Of a stretch of 64,000 bases of DNA, positions 39,344 to 53,000 are shown piece by piece. The notes under the pieces were generated by a model that worked only from the letters and a program-made list of their open reading frames with translations, was not told where the DNA came from and searched no databases. The first letter of the stretch is position 1. Each line of letters starts with the position of its first letter. The stretch spans positions 64,001-128,000 of the forward strand of contig CAVYSW010000010.1 of assembly GCA_963771275.1 (NCBI GenBank). Reading direction: 5' to 3'. Origin of the DNA: an uncultured Gemmatimonadales bacterium. Lineage in GTDB: Bacteria; Gemmatimonadota; Gemmatimonadetes; Gemmatimonadales; GWC2-71-9. Made by a program: the position numbers and the translations under genes.

Positions 39344-40188
39344 AACGCATAGCGGTGATCGGCGCGGGAACGATGGGCAACGGTATCGCCCACGTCTTCG
39401 CACAGCATGGAACGCAGGTGGCCCTGGTGGACGTGGACCAGCGGCTGCTGGACAAGGCGATGGCGACGATTCGCGGCAACATGGATCGCCAGGTCAAGAA
39501 ACAGGCGCTCACCGAGGCCGATCGGGACGCGGCCCTCGGGCGCATTCAGCCGGCGACCGCGCTGGACGCGGCCGCTCAGGCGGAGCTGGTGATCGAGGCG
39601 GCGAGCGAGGCGACGGCCCTCAAGCTGGATCTGTTCCGCCGGCTGGACGGGATCGCGGCGCCGGGGGTGATCCTCGCCACGAACACGTCGTCCATCTCCA
39701 TCACCCTGCTCGCCGCCCAGACGAAGCGGCCCGACCGGGTGATCGGGATGCACTTCATGAACCCGGTCCCGATGATGCAGCTCGTCGAGGTGATTCGCGG
39801 TGTCGCGACGTCCGACGAGACCGCGGGGGTGGTCATGGAGACCGCCCGCGCGCTGGGGAAGACCCCGGTCGAGGTGCATGACTACCCCGGGTTCGTGGCC
39901 AACCGGGTCCTCATGCCGATGATCAACGAGGCCGTGTTCTGCGTCATGGAGGGCGTGGCGGCGCCCGACGCGGTGGACACGGTGATGAAGCTCGGCATGA
40001 ACCACCCGCTGGGCCCGCTCGCGCTGGCCGATCTCATCGGCTTGGACGTGTGCCTGGCGATTCTCGAGGTGCTGCACCGCGGCCTGGGGGACGACAAGTA
40101 CCGACCGTGCCCGCTGCTCAAGAACATGGTGGCCGCCGGCCGGCTGGGCCGGAAGAGCGGCCGCGGCTTCTACGATTACGGGAAGTGA
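39340..40188 (+). CDS. hbd: 3-hydroxybutyryl-CoA dehydrogenase
   Basis: [42 protein letters not shown]. Confidence 0.93.
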   Translation: MKRIAVIGAGTMGNGIAHVFAQHGTQVALVDVDQRLLDKAMATIRGNMDRQVKKQALTEADRDAALGRIQPATALDAAAQAELVIEAASEATALKLDLFRRLDGIAAPGVILATNTSSISITLLAAQTKRPDRVIGMHFMNPVPMMQLVEVIRGVATSDETAGVVMETARALGKTPVEVHDYPGFVANRVLMPMINEAVFCVMEGVAAPDAVDTVMKLGMNHPLGPLALADLIGLDVCLAILEVLHRGLGDDKYRPCPLLKNMVAAGRLGRKSGRGFYDYGK

Positions 40189-40231
40189 ACGATTCGTGGG
40201 GACGAAACGCCGGGTGCCGGTCCGACGGGGT

Positions 40232-41317
40232 GTGCAGGCGGCTCAGCCGAGCACGGGAGGCGCGTTCGCGCTGATCGCCGCGCACGGACACGAGCAGGTG
40301 AGCCACTGGTATGACCCGACGTCGGGGTACCGCGGCATCATCGCGATCCACAGCACGGCGCTGGGACCGGCCCTCGGCGGCACCCGATTCTGGAACTACG
40401 CGAGCGACGCCGAGGCGTTGGTCGACGTGCTGCGCCTGTCGCGCGGCATGACGTACAAGGCCGCGGCGGCGGGGCTCGATCTGGGGGGTGGCAAGGCGGT
40501 GATGCTGGGCGATCCGTCCACCCGCGATCGTGAGGCGATCTTCCGGGCGCACGGGCGGCATGTGGAGTCGCTGGGCGGGCGCTACCTCACCGCCGAGGAC
40601 GTCGGCACCAGCCCCGCCGACATGGCGTACGTCGTGCAGGAAACCCGACACGTCACCGGTCTCCCGGGCCGGTCGGGCGACCCGTCGCCGCTCACCGCCT
40701 TCGGCGTGTTCCGGGCGATGCAGGCCGGCGCCAGGTTCGTGTGGGGCCGTGACGGGCTCGCCGGCAGGACGGTGGCGGTGCAGGGGGTGGGCCACGTCGG
40801 CTACGAGCTGTGCGAGCTGCTGCAGCGCGACGGCGCGAAGCTCGTCGTGAGCGACCGGGACGCGGAACGCGTGAAGCGGGCGGTGGCGGCCTTCGGGGCC
40901 AAGGCGGTCGCGGCGGATGCGATCTACGCGGTGCCGGCGGACGTGTTCGCGCCGTGCGCGCTCGGCGCCGTGATCGACGACGCCACGCTCGACGTGCTGC
41001 GCGTGGCGCTGGTCTGTGGCGCGGCCAACAACGTGCTCGCCGACGAGCGGCACGGCGAGCTGCTCGAGCGGCGCGGCATCGTGTACGTGCCCGACTACGT
41101 GGCCAACGCCGGGGGCATCATCAGCATCTATCAGGAGGTCGCCGGCTGGACCGCCGAGCGGTCGCGCGCCAAGGCCTCCGACATCTACGATACCGTCCTG
41201 CGCGTGCTCCAGATCGCGCGCGACGAGCATATTCCTTCTTACAGGGCCGCGGACCGGCTGGCGCAGCAGCGGCTGGCCGCGGCGGAGAAGGCCAAGGGCC
41301 TTCCGCACCGGGCTTGA
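40232..41317 (+). CDS. Leucine dehydrogenase (Glu/Leu/Phe/Val family); start may be 40196
   Basis: [49 protein letters not shown]. Confidence 0.92.
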   Translation: MQAAQPSTGGAFALIAAHGHEQVSHWYDPTSGYRGIIAIHSTALGPALGGTRFWNYASDAEALVDVLRLSRGMTYKAAAAGLDLGGGKAVMLGDPSTRDREAIFRAHGRHVESLGGRYLTAEDVGTSPADMAYVVQETRHVTGLPGRSGDPSPLTAFGVFRAMQAGARFVWGRDGLAGRTVAVQGVGHVGYELCELLQRDGAKLVVSDRDAERVKRAVAAFGAKAVAADAIYAVPADVFAPCALGAVIDDATLDVLRVALVCGAANNVLADERHGELLERRGIVYVPDYVANAGGIISIYQEVAGWTAERSRAKASDIYDTVLRVLQIARDEHIPSYRAADRLAQQRLAAAEKAKGLPHRA

Positions 41318-41321
41318 GACT

Positions 41322-42587
41322 ATGATGACGCATCAGATGCCGCTGCAACAGGCGGACCCGCAGGTCCACGCGCTGATCCGCCGTGAGGTCCAGCGGCAGG
41401 AGGAAGGGCTGGAGCTGATCGCCAGCGAGAACTTCGCGTCCAGCGCGGTGCTGGAGGCGATGGGCAGCGCGCTGACCAACAAGTACGCCGAGGGCTACCC
41501 GGGCAGGCGGTATTACGGCGGCTGCGAGATCGTGGATCAGATCGAGCAGCTGGCCATTGAGCGGGCGTGCAAGCTGTTCGCGGCCGAGCACGCGAACGTG
41601 CAGCCGCACAGCGGGGCGCAGGCCAACCTCGCGGCGTACTTCGCCATCCTCAAGCCCGGCGACAAGATCATGGGGATGGCGCTGACGCACGGCGGACACC
41701 TGACGCACGGCTCGCCGGTCAACCTGAGCGGCCAGCTATTCGCCGTGTCGCAGTACGGGGTCGACGAGACGACGGGCCTGCTGGACATGGACCGCGTGCG
41801 CGAGGCGGCGCGGGCGTTCCGGCCCAAGCTGATCATCGCGGGCGCGAGCGCCTATCCCCGGGTGATCGACTTCGCGGCGTTCGCCGCCGTCTGCCGGGAA
41901 GTGGAGGCGGTGCTGCTGGTCGACATGGCGCACTACGCGGGCCTGATCGCGGCCGGCGTGTACCCGTCGCCGGTACCGCACGCCGAGATCGTGACGAGCA
42001 CGACCCACAAGACGCTGCGCGGCCCGCGCGGTGGGTTCACGCTCTGCAAGCAGCCGTTCGCCAAAGCGATCGACAAGGAGGTGTTCCCCGGCACGCAGGG
42101 CGGCCCGCTCGAGCACGTGATCGCCGCCAAGGCCGTGGCGTTCGGCGAGGCGCTGCGCCCCGCGTTCAAGGAGTACGCGGCGCAGGTCGTGCGGAACGCG
42201 CGCGCGCTGGGGGAGGCCTTGGTCGAGCGCGGCTTCACGCTCGTCTCCGGCGGCACGGACTGCCACCTGCTGCTGGTCGACCTGCGCGCCAAGGGGCTCA
42301 CCGGCAAGGCCGCCCAGCATGTGCTCGATTCCGTGGGCCTCCACGTCAACAAGAACACCATCCCCGGGGATCCCGAGTCGCCGTTCGTGACGAGCGGCAT
42401 CCGCATCGGCTCCGCCGCGCTCACCACCCGCGGCATGGGCGAAGCGGAGATGCGGCGGGTCGCCGAGCTGCTTGACACGGCGCTCGCGGCGGGGGGCAAC
42501 GAGGCGGCGCTCCGGCAGGTGCACCGGGGCGTCAGGGAGCTGGCGGCCGCCTTCCCGCTTGCCGGGGTTCCGGTGGCGGTCGCGTAG
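41322..42587 (+). CDS. glyA: Serine hydroxymethyltransferase
   Basis: [34 protein letters not shown]. Confidence 0.97.
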   Translation: MMTHQMPLQQADPQVHALIRREVQRQEEGLELIASENFASSAVLEAMGSALTNKYAEGYPGRRYYGGCEIVDQIEQLAIERACKLFAAEHANVQPHSGAQANLAAYFAILKPGDKIMGMALTHGGHLTHGSPVNLSGQLFAVSQYGVDETTGLLDMDRVREAARAFRPKLIIAGASAYPRVIDFAAFAAVCREVEAVLLVDMAHYAGLIAAGVYPSPVPHAEIVTSTTHKTLRGPRGGFTLCKQPFAKAIDKEVFPGTQGGPLEHVIAAKAVAFGEALRPAFKEYAAQVVRNARALGEALVERGFTLVSGGTDCHLLLVDLRAKGLTGKAAQHVLDSVGLHVNKNTIPGDPESPFVTSGIRIGSAALTTRGMGEAEMRRVAELLDTALAAGGNEAALRQVHRGVRELAAAFPLAGVPVAVA

Positions 42588-42629
42588 CCCGCTCTTGCTC
42601 GGCGTCCCGGACTGTCCCACCTTACTACC

Positions 42630-43028
42630 GTGAGCGACCTCGGGCTGGTTGAGAATCTCCTCGAGCGCCTGGCCGGCGGGGAGCAGCGGTATCACCCGCA
42701 GGCGTATGCGTTCGTGCTCGCGGCCCTGGAGTTCTGCCAGGTGCGGCGGCCGGCGCGCGGCCACCTCGGCGGCGACGAGCTCGCGTGGGGCTGCCGCGAT
42801 TTCGCCCAGGCCCAGTTCGGGCTCACCGCCCGCACCGTGCTGTCCCACTGGGGCGTCCACACCACCAGCGACATCGGCCGGATCGTCTACCAGTTGATCG
42901 ACGCCGGCCTGCTGATCAGCCAGCCGCAGGATCGCCTGGAGGACTTCGAGAACGTGTTCGACTTTGCCGAGGCCTTCGAGCGGGCCTATCCGTGGGCGGG
43001 CGTTCGGCGGGGCGGCGCGGGCGGCTAG
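42630..43028 (+). CDS. Conserved hypothetical protein (Minf_1886-like)
   Basis: RY..QAY.FV..AL, H..G.EL, FG..A..VL..WG..TT.D.G.IV..LI, D..EDF...FDF. Confidence 0.75.
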   Translation: MSDLGLVENLLERLAGGEQRYHPQAYAFVLAALEFCQVRRPARGHLGGDELAWGCRDFAQAQFGLTARTVLSHWGVHTTSDIGRIVYQLIDAGLLISQPQDRLEDFENVFDFAEAFERAYPWAGVRRGGAGG

Positions 43029-43048
43029 GCGCGCGAAGGGGGGGCAGC

Positions 43049-43243
43049 ATGGAAGCGAAGGATTGGCCGGCGTGCCAGAAGTGTGAGCGTGGGGTGCTGG
43101 TGCCCCTGTCCGACTACGGGCGCGACGGCGCGCCGATCACCTACAAGGCGTGGGTGTGCACGAGCCCCGACTGCGGCTTCAACCTGCGGATCGACAACGG
43201 CGAGATCTCCATCGGGCGCGCCATCGGGCAGAGCTTCAAGTAG
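43049..43243 (+). CDS. Small zinc-ribbon protein
   Basis: CQKC...CTSPDC, with a purine-rich RBS. Confidence 0.75.
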   Translation: MEAKDWPACQKCERGVLVPLSDYGRDGAPITYKAWVCTSPDCGFNLRIDNGEISIGRAIGQSFK

Positions 43244-43300
43244 CCCGGCGTCTCGCCTTTTCTCCGGAGTCCCTGCGGTGCGGCGCTGCCCGCCGCCCGG

Positions 43301-44857
43301 ATGGAGTCCCCGGTGACTGACCTGCCCGTGATTCCCGTCATCACGGCCGCCGAGGCGGCCGCCTGGGATGCGCGCGCGCGCACGGCGCACGCGATCCCGT
43401 CGCGCGTCCTGATGGAATCGGCCGGCCGGGCCGCGGCGCTCGTCATCGCCCGCGAGTTCGCGCCGGTGCTGGGACGCGGCGTTCTGGTGGCGGCGGGCCC
43501 CGGCAACAACGGCGGCGATGGCTGGGTCGTGGCCCGCGCGCTGCGCGCGGTGGGCGTCCGCGTGTGGGCCACCGAGCTGGCCCGCGGGCGTTCGGCCGAC
43601 TGCGAGGCGAGCCGCGCGCTGGCGCTCCCGGCGGGCGTCGAGCTGCTCGATCTCGGCGCGCCCTGGCCACCGGTGGGCGTGGTGGTGGACGCCCTGCTCG
43701 GCACGGGCGCGAGCGAGGCCCCGCAGGGGCCGATCGCCGAGCTGGCGCGCCGGGTGGCCGACCACGGTCCCCCGGTCGCCGCGATCGACGGCCCGACCGG
43801 CGTCGACCTGTCGAGCGGCACGGCGCACGGGCCGGTGCGCGCGCAGCTCACCGTCACGTTCGGCGGCCTGCGACGCGGACACCTGCTGGCGCGCGACTGG
43901 GTCGGCCGCGTCGTCGTGGTGGACATCGGCTTCCCGGCGCCGGACGGCACCTGGCCCGTGCTCGTCACCGACGCCTGGGCCCAGAGCGCTTTGCCCCCGT
44001 TCGCCCCCACGATGCACAAGGGCGACCGCGGCCGCGTGCTGGTGATCGGCGGCGACGTGGGCATGGCGGGGGCGGCGATGCACGTCGCCCGCGCGGCGTT
44101 TGCCTGCGGGGCCGGGCTCGTGAAGCTCGCCCTGCCGGAGCCCTCGATCCGCGCGGCGCAGGCCAACTTCCCCGACGCGCTCACCGTGGCCACCGCGCTC
44201 GGCCCCGCCGTCGAGCCGCCGCTCGCGGAGGCGGTGACCTGGGCGGACACGATCGTGGTGGGGCCGGGTCTGGGGCGCGGCGCGGCGCGCGAGGCGTTCG
44301 CCCGCGCCGTGGTGGAGCGGGCCGCGGCGCCGTTGGTGATCGACGCCGACGCCCTGCATGTCCCCGGGCTCGCCACCCTGGGGCAGGCGCCGCGCGTGCT
44401 GACGCCCCATCCCGGCGAGTTCGCGGCGCAGTTCCCCGCGATCGCCGACCTGGCGCGCGGCGATCGCTTCGCCGCCCCGTCCGCCGCTCTGGCGCTCTGC
44501 CGCTCTGCCGCCGTCCTGTTGAAGGGCGTCCCCACGGTGATCGCCGGGGCCGGGGCCGCCGGCGTGCGCGTCGTCGCGGCCGGCAACCCCGCCCTCGCGA
44601 CCGGGGGGAGCGGCGACCTGCTCGCGGGGACGATCGCCGCGTGGCTCGCGCGCGGCCTCACGCCGTTCGACGCGGCGGCGCTCGGCGCCCACGTGATGGG
44701 TCGCGCCGCCGAGCGCGCCGCGACCACCCGGGGCGTGCGCGCCACCCGCCCGGAAGACGTGGCCGAGGCCTACGCCGGCCTGTGGGAGGCGTGGACCGAG
44801 CCTCCCGTGTTCGCGCCGCCGGTCCTCGTCACGCTCGACCCGCCCGCCGTCGTGTGA
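43301..44857 (+). CDS. nnrDE: Bifunctional NAD(P)H-hydrate epimerase/dehydratase
   Basis: LMESAG, GPGNNGGDG, DALLGTG, HKGDRG, GPGLG, DADAL, TPHPGEF, ATGGSGDLL. Confidence 0.93.
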   Translation: MESPVTDLPVIPVITAAEAAAWDARARTAHAIPSRVLMESAGRAAALVIAREFAPVLGRGVLVAAGPGNNGGDGWVVARALRAVGVRVWATELARGRSADCEASRALALPAGVELLDLGAPWPPVGVVVDALLGTGASEAPQGPIAELARRVADHGPPVAAIDGPTGVDLSSGTAHGPVRAQLTVTFGGLRRGHLLARDWVGRVVVVDIGFPAPDGTWPVLVTDAWAQSALPPFAPTMHKGDRGRVLVIGGDVGMAGAAMHVARAAFACGAGLVKLALPEPSIRAAQANFPDALTVATALGPAVEPPLAEAVTWADTIVVGPGLGRGAAREAFARAVVERAAAPLVIDADALHVPGLATLGQAPRVLTPHPGEFAAQFPAIADLARGDRFAAPSAALALCRSAAVLLKGVPTVIAGAGAAGVRVVAAGNPALATGGSGDLLAGTIAAWLARGLTPFDAAALGAHVMGRAAERAATTRGVRATRPEDVAEAYAGLWEAWTEPPVFAPPVLVTLDPPAVV

Positions 44858-46419
44858 AGCGGTTTCCGGCGCTCGGGCTCGCCGCCCTCAGCGTGGCGGC
44901 GCCGGCGGCCGCGCAGACGCGCCTCTGGAGCCCCGGCGATCGCGTCGTCATCTCCGACTACAGCGTCGTGCGCGCGATCGCCGCCTCCGACACGTGGGTG
45001 TACGTCGCGACGCCCAACGGGCTCGGCCTGTACGACCGCCGGTTTCGCCGCTGGGATCCCCCGGTCACCTGGGCGGACGGCTACCCGCGGGAGCCGGTGC
45101 TGACCGCGCTCGCCGACCCGGCCGAAGACGCCGTCTGGCTCGGCACCGTGACCGGCGTGGTGCGCTACCTGCCGCAGATCCGCCGGTTCGACGCGGTCAC
45201 GATCCCGGGCGGCGTGCGCGACCTGATGTACGACCGCGGCGATCCGTTCCCCGGGATCTACCTGCTGACGTCGAGCGGCTGGGAATTCCTGGCGCGCGGC
45301 AGCTTCATCGCGGCGCCGGCGCCGCTGCCGCCCCCCGGCCGCCGCGTGAGCCCGCCCCAGGTCGAGGACGTGATGCGCCGCGCCCCGATCATCGATGCGC
45401 TGCAGGGTGCCGTGCTGCTCGACGAGCGGCTCCGCTCGTTCCACTACACCTGCGCCGCCATCGCGTCCGACGCCGAGATGTACTACCTCGGCACGGACGG
45501 GATGGGGGTGATCCAGGTGGATCCGCTGGTCGCCCGGTTCGATGCGCTGCCGTTCGGCATGCTCGGCGTAGGCGCGGGCGCGGTGCTCCCGGTCCCGGGC
45601 GGCGTGTGGGTGGGCACCGACGAGCGCGGGCCCCGCAGCGGGCTCACGTTCGTGGATGACGACCTGCAGGACTACCGCGTCGAGGAAGGCCCGCGCGGCA
45701 CCGGGTTCGGGAGCCCGGCCGTGCACGCCCTCATGGCGCGGGACCGCACGATCTGGGCGGCGACCGATGCCGGCGTGGTCCGTGTCGATCAGGGTGGCAG
45801 CACGCTCCGGATCGGGACCGTGGACGGCCTGCCGGGCGAGGCGGTCTACGCGCTCGCGCAGGGACCATCCGGCGTGTGGTTCGGCACCGCGCGCGGGCTG
45901 GGGTTTCTGGCGCGCGACGCCGACAAGGTGCGCGCCCTCGACGGCCCCGGCGTGCCGGTGCTCGCCCTCTCGGCCGCGCGCGACACGGTGTGGATCGGCT
46001 ACGCCACCGGGCTCGGCCTCGCCGCGGCCGGCGGCGACGTGTTCATCGCACCGGGGGCCGACTCCGTGCCCGAGCTCCTGACGGCGATCGTCGCCGTCAC
46101 GCGGGTGGCCGACACCGTCGTCGCCGCGACCGTGGATCGCGTCCTCTGGCGGGCGGGCATGGGCCCGTGGCTGGTCGAGCGCTCGCTCGCGACCGATGTC
46201 GGGGTGATCGCGGCGCTCGCGGCGGATTCCGGCGGTGTGTGGATCGGGGGCAGCGGCGGGCTGGCGCGCTACGGCTTCGCGACCCGCGCCGTCACGGTGC
46301 TGCGCGCCCCCGGCGACGTGCCCGGCGCCGTGCGCGGCATCGCCGTGAGCCGGCGCTACATCTGGGCCGCGACGGACGCGGGGTTGGTGCGGTTCCGGCG
46401 GGAGGCGGTGGAGCCGTGA
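44854..46419 (+). CDS. Secreted beta-propeller protein
   Basis: Signal peptide and repeated VW(V/F)GT..GL / WAATDAGL blades. Confidence 0.75.
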   Translation: MKRFPALGLAALSVAAPAAAQTRLWSPGDRVVISDYSVVRAIAASDTWVYVATPNGLGLYDRRFRRWDPPVTWADGYPREPVLTALADPAEDAVWLGTVTGVVRYLPQIRRFDAVTIPGGVRDLMYDRGDPFPGIYLLTSSGWEFLARGSFIAAPAPLPPPGRRVSPPQVEDVMRRAPIIDALQGAVLLDERLRSFHYTCAAIASDAEMYYLGTDGMGVIQVDPLVARFDALPFGMLGVGAGAVLPVPGGVWVGTDERGPRSGLTFVDDDLQDYRVEEGPRGTGFGSPAVHALMARDRTIWAATDAGVVRVDQGGSTLRIGTVDGLPGEAVYALAQGPSGVWFGTARGLGFLARDADKVRALDGPGVPVLALSAARDTVWIGYATGLGLAAAGGDVFIAPGADSVPELLTAIVAVTRVADTVVAATVDRVLWRAGMGPWLVERSLATDVGVIAALAADSGGVWIGGSGGLARYGFATRAVTVLRAPGDVPGAVRGIAVSRRYIWAATDAGLVRFRREAVEP

Positions 46420-47372
46420 CGCCGCATCCGCCGCGTCCCACGCCGACGCTCGGCCCGGGCGGCGAGTTCGATCGGATCCGCGCGATCTGGCAGCGCCTTG
46501 GCCAGCACGCGGCGGAGGTCGGTGACGACGCGGCGATCGTCCACGTGGGCGCCGAGCAGCTGGCGCTGTCGTGCGACATGGCCGTCGAGGGGCGCCACTT
46601 CCGGCTCGACTGGCTGCACCCGGCCGAGCTCGGCTGGCGGATCGGCGCGTCGGCCATCTCCGATCTCGCGGCGGTTGCCGCCGAGCCAATCGGCATGCTG
46701 GTGAGCGTCGGCGTGCCCGAGCGGCTCGCGGTCGAGTTCCTGCCCGAGCTGATGGCGGGCGTGGGCCGGAGCGCGGCGCACACGGGCGCGGTCGTGTGGG
46801 GTGGCGACCTCGTGCAGAGCGACGCGGTCGTGGTGGACGTCATGGTCGCCGGCCGCGTCGCGCGACCGGTGCTGCGGAGCGGCGCGCGGGCCGGCGACGC
46901 GCTCTGGGTCACCGGCCGCCTCGGCGGACCGCACGAAGCCGTGGCCGCATGGCTCGCGGGACGGGAGCCGCACGCCGAGGCCCGCGCGCGCTATGCGAAG
47001 CCCGTGCCGCGGGTGCACGAGGCGCTGTGGCTCCGCGACCACGGCGCCACGGCGCTGATCGACGTGAGCGACGGGCTCACGGGCGACGCGGGCCACCTCG
47101 CGGCGGCCTCGGGCGTGGCCCTCGCGATCGCCGCCGACCTGGTGCCGTGCCTCCCCGGCGTGGAGCGCTGGGAATCGGCGCTCGTCGGTGGCGAGGAGTA
47201 CGAGCTGCTCGCCACGATGCCGGCATCGTTCGGCGACGCGGACGCGCGCGCCTTCAGCGCGCAGTTCGCGCTGCCGCTGACCCGGATCGGCGCCGCCACG
47301 GCGGGGCAGGGAGTCCACGTGACCCGCGGAGGACGATCCGTCGAGCTGCCGGATGCCTTCTCGCACTTCTAG
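46416..47372 (+). CDS. thiL: Thiamine-monophosphate kinase
   Basis: GEFDRI, GDDAA, EGRHF, SDLAA, GGDL, DVSDGL, GGEEYELL. Confidence 0.93.
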   Translation: MTPHPPRPTPTLGPGGEFDRIRAIWQRLGQHAAEVGDDAAIVHVGAEQLALSCDMAVEGRHFRLDWLHPAELGWRIGASAISDLAAVAAEPIGMLVSVGVPERLAVEFLPELMAGVGRSAAHTGAVVWGGDLVQSDAVVVDVMVAGRVARPVLRSGARAGDALWVTGRLGGPHEAVAAWLAGREPHAEARARYAKPVPRVHEALWLRDHGATALIDVSDGLTGDAGHLAAASGVALAIAADLVPCLPGVERWESALVGGEEYELLATMPASFGDADARAFSAQFALPLTRIGAATAGQGVHVTRGGRSVELPDAFSHF

Positions 47373-47405
47373 ACCCCTCACCCTGCCCTCTCCCCCTCTG
47401 CCCCC

Positions 47406-49754
<2,349 letters not shown>

Positions 49755-49808
49755 GCCTCCGGGGGGGTGGGAGTAGAATGCAGATTGAAGATTGCAGAAC
49801 GAGAACGA

Positions 49809-49882
49809 GGCGGAGTAGCTCAGCTGGTTAGAGCAGCGGAATCATAATCCGCGTGTCGGGGGTTCGAATCCCTCCTCCGCTA
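49809..49882 (+). tRNA. tRNA-Met(CAU), elongator-like
   Basis: GGCGGAG/CTCCGCT-A acceptor, GCGGA-ATCATAA-TCCGC anticodon arm, GGTTCGAATCC. CCA is not encoded. Confidence 0.92.
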
Positions 49883-49904
49883 TTGGAAGTGAACGAGGCA
49901 CTTT

Positions 49905-49941
49905 AGCCCGCCCGGTCCTACGCCGGGCGGGCTCTTCTTCT
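49905..49941 (+). terminator. Intrinsic terminator after tRNA-Met
   Basis: AGCCCGCCCGG-loop-CCGGGCGGGCT followed by CTTCTTCT. Confidence 0.75.
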
Positions 49942-50179
49942 GCCTGATCCATGGTGAAATCCGTTGGTCGCAGATATCCAAGCGGCTCGCTCCCACTGTA
50001 GCGCGAGCTCCACGCCTTGCGTCGGGTGAGACCGGCTGCATCTTAGGAACCCATGCGGGCCGCTCCGCGGCCCGAGTGTCCGAAGGACGCCTCCCCCCAG
50101 CCAGACGCCCCTCTTGCGAACGGCATGCGCCGCCAGCGCCGCCGTCTGTGCCGAACGTCAGCATAAGGAGAAACACGCG

Positions 50180-50578
50180 ATGACCCACAAACTGAATATG
50201 CTCGCGGCCACTGCTGGGCTGCTACTGCTGATAGGCTGCAGCGACGAGCCCACTGCGCCCCATCCCTGGGCGGGGACCTACGCCACCGCCACCAAGTTTG
50301 GCGGGGTAGGCGGCACCTGGAGTGCCTTCGGTGACCTTGTCCTCGCATCCAGCACCGACCTTCAGTTGTACGGAGTGCAGATCGTCAATCCAACGTGGCA
50401 GGCCGACACGCTGTCCTGGACGATGGCCGACGGAAACGCGGGCAACGCGAAGATCGCCTTCAAGACGTCCAGCTCGGACACTTATTATTGGGACGCCGCC
50501 GTGCAGGGGAAGCTGTTCGAAGGCGCCTACCAGAAGCCGGGAGAGGGTTGGGTCGACTTTCGGGGCGTCGTTGAGTAG
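50180..50578 (+). CDS. Hypothetical lipoprotein
   Basis: AAGGAG RBS, LLIGC lipobox. Confidence 0.75.
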   Translation: MTHKLNMLAATAGLLLLIGCSDEPTAPHPWAGTYATATKFGGVGGTWSAFGDLVLASSTDLQLYGVQIVNPTWQADTLSWTMADGNAGNAKIAFKTSSSDTYYWDAAVQGKLFEGAYQKPGEGWVDFRGVVE

Positions 50579-50943
50579 CCAAGCGAGCCCCACTCCATTC
50601 TGCGGCCATTGCTGGCGTCACCGCCCGGCCCCGCGCCGGGCGGTTCGCTACCTAGCCAAACGACGGCCACCAACGTCCTCGAGGTTAGGACTCGTCCACA
50701 TCACCGTTGGACGGCCAGCGCTCGGGGGGAAGCCACCGGCGCGCCGATCAGGACGGACGTTCTTGACGTCGGGCACGGACCGCGGGATCATATCGACGTC
50801 TCAGGGGTTCGAATCTCTCGATTGAGATCGCGCACTCCCAACGGGCGAGTGCCTGTCGGGAGCGCCGAGTTCACGGGCGCCAGCACGCCCGGGGCACGGC
50901 TTTCCGTCCGCGTAGCAGTCACCACAGATACGAGGAATCCGCC

Positions 50944-51678
50944 ATGGCGATGACCGCCCTTCGGTCGGGCTCGCGGGGGCCCGACGTCAAGAAGGTCCAG
51001 GAGAAGCTCAACACCCAGCTGAGCCCCAGCCCGCGGCTGGTCCCGGATGGCGACTTCGGTCCCTTGACGCGGAACGCCGTGGTGCGGTTCCAGCACGCGC
51101 AGTGGCTGGTGGCGGACGGGGAGGTCGGCCCCTGCACGTGGAACGCGCTGATGGGCACCGAAGCCTACCCGCCCATTCTGCACACCATCCCGTTCATCCC
51201 GCAGCCGACGAACACCACCTGCTGGGCGGCGAGCACCGCCATGGTGACCCGCTCCAACGTCCCGGCCGTCATTGCCAAGACTCCCGCCGATCTCATCCTC
51301 CCCGACGGCAGCCTCGCCAATTTCTCCGAGACCGCCGATCCCGTGACCGGCTCAGCCCGCTTCGCCGCGGCGCACGGCTTGACCGTGGTGCCCCCGACCT
51401 CGTGGATGCCCACGGGGCTGGTGGCGATGCTGCGGGCGGGACCCTTGATCTTCGACATGTTGTGGGACGCGACGACCTACGTGAACGGGACCGGCAGCCC
51501 CGGTCACATGATCGCGGTCGTCGGCATCCGCGGGGACAACGACCAGTCAGGCAAGGGCACGACGCTCCGGATCTTCGATCCCTGGGCGCCGACGCAAGGC
51601 AAGAAGTACTCCGTGGGGTACTTCAAGTGGATCCAGGAGGTGCCGACGCGGACCTACCACATCTACCACAAGCGCTGA
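50944..51678 (+). CDS. Peptidoglycan-binding domain plus papain-like (C70/C39-type) cysteine peptidase
   Basis: LRSGSRGPDVKKVQEKLN..DGDFGPLT..AV.RFQ..L.ADGEVGP.TW, then QPTNTTCWAAS...GHM...FDPW. Confidence 0.8.
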   Translation: MAMTALRSGSRGPDVKKVQEKLNTQLSPSPRLVPDGDFGPLTRNAVVRFQHAQWLVADGEVGPCTWNALMGTEAYPPILHTIPFIPQPTNTTCWAASTAMVTRSNVPAVIAKTPADLILPDGSLANFSETADPVTGSARFAAAHGLTVVPPTSWMPTGLVAMLRAGPLIFDMLWDATTYVNGTGSPGHMIAVVGIRGDNDQSGKGTTLRIFDPWAPTQGKKYSVGYFKWIQEVPTRTYHIYHKR

Positions 51679-51751
51679 GGCGGCCGACCGCTCGCGTCCG
51701 GGCGGCGATTGCGCCACCGGCGCCCACCCGTACCTTGAGGGCGGGCACGCC

Positions 51752-52969
51752 ATGAAAGCGTCGAGCTTCCTCCTCACGATCGCGCTCGCCGCCGGCTGTG
51801 AGCCGGCGGCTGATTCGAGCTCGATCAACCGGTCTGACTCCCTGGGCGTGTCTCTGATCGAGTACGCGCCGAGCTTCGCCGCAGCGGCGGCCCACGCGTG
51901 GTCGACCGACCCCGAGCCGGTGTTGTCCATCGGCGCGCCGGACGCGGAACTATTCCGAGTTCGGGTTGCGCTGTTCCAGTCCGACGGTGGCATTGTCGTG
52001 GCGAATGGCGGCGCTTACGAGCTACTGCTGTTCGACCACACGGGACGGCTGTACGCCCGTGCGGGCGGAGAGGGCGGGGGACCGGGCGAGTTCCACCAGC
52101 TCACGTACCTGTCCGTGGGCCCCGCGGACTCGCTGTACGCGTACGATGCCGGGGAGCGCCGCCTCTCGGTGTTCGATCCGCGCGGCCCGTTCGCCCGCGC
52201 CGTGACCCTTCAGGGCCTCGATACGCTGGGGACCGCCGAGCAGGTCGGCGTGCTGCGGAGCGGCGAGATCGTCGGGGCGTTTCGCCGGCGAACGGCGGGC
52301 GCGGGACTGGTGCGCGACTCGCTGCTCGTGATGACGTTCATGTCCTCCGACAGGCTGGCGGCGCGGCTCGGCGTGTTCCCCCATCTGTACACGGATTGGG
52401 GTCCGCACCCCGTTCCCGGCGACGGAACGGCCAGCGTTCCCCTGCCGGTGCCGCTCTCCAGCGTGACCGCGGTGACCGTGGGAGACAGCGCAATCTACGT
52501 AGGACTGCCGGACCGCTACGCCTTGATCCGGCTGACGCCTGGCGGAGTCCGGCGTATCACCCGGCAGCGCGAGCCACCGCGGGCCGTGACCGAGGCCGAC
52601 CGGGCGCGTTTGTTCGCCGCGCTGGGCGGCGGTCGCATGCGGGGACCGGAGCTCGCGGTCCTGCGGGGCCTGAAGGGGCCCGGCACGCTGCCGGCGTTCG
52701 GCGTCGAGCCGCTGACCGCGAGAGTCGGCGAGCCGGCGATGCTGGTGACGGATCTGGACGGCGTGTGGCTCCGGCCGTTTCAGCTTCCCGATGATTCGGT
52801 CAATGTGCCATGGCCGAGATTCACCGGCGACGGGTTATACGAGGGAACCGTCACGCTGCCGCCGCGGTTCCGCCCGACCGCGGTACGCGGGGACCTGGTG
52901 CTCGGCGTGTATCGGGATGCGGCGGATGTCGAGTACGTTCGAGCCTATCGCCTGGCCGCGCACCGCTAG
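51752..52969 (+). CDS. 6-bladed beta-propeller-like lipoprotein
   Basis: LAAGC lipobox, GGEGGGPGEF, DSLYAYD..RRLSVF, C-terminal D.ADVEYVRAY. Confidence 0.75.
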   Translation: MKASSFLLTIALAAGCEPAADSSSINRSDSLGVSLIEYAPSFAAAAAHAWSTDPEPVLSIGAPDAELFRVRVALFQSDGGIVVANGGAYELLLFDHTGRLYARAGGEGGGPGEFHQLTYLSVGPADSLYAYDAGERRLSVFDPRGPFARAVTLQGLDTLGTAEQVGVLRSGEIVGAFRRRTAGAGLVRDSLLVMTFMSSDRLAARLGVFPHLYTDWGPHPVPGDGTASVPLPVPLSSVTAVTVGDSAIYVGLPDRYALIRLTPGGVRRITRQREPPRAVTEADRARLFAALGGGRMRGPELAVLRGLKGPGTLPAFGVEPLTARVGEPAMLVTDLDGVWLRPFQLPDDSVNVPWPRFTGDGLYEGTVTLPPRFRPTAVRGDLVLGVYRDAADVEYVRAYRLAAHR

Positions 52970-53000
52970 TACATCAGCTCACAACTACGGTTACGTATTG

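Noticed and set aside
49774..49808. Short AGAWTG-like heptamer run before tRNA-Met
   Set aside because: Only 3-4 degenerate units and a single copy in the window, too weak to call separately.
50804..50819. 15/16 match to the tRNA-Met T-arm (49859-49874) as a possible attR
   Set aside because: The match stops before the acceptor 3' strand, there is no integrase, and it is too short to exclude chance.
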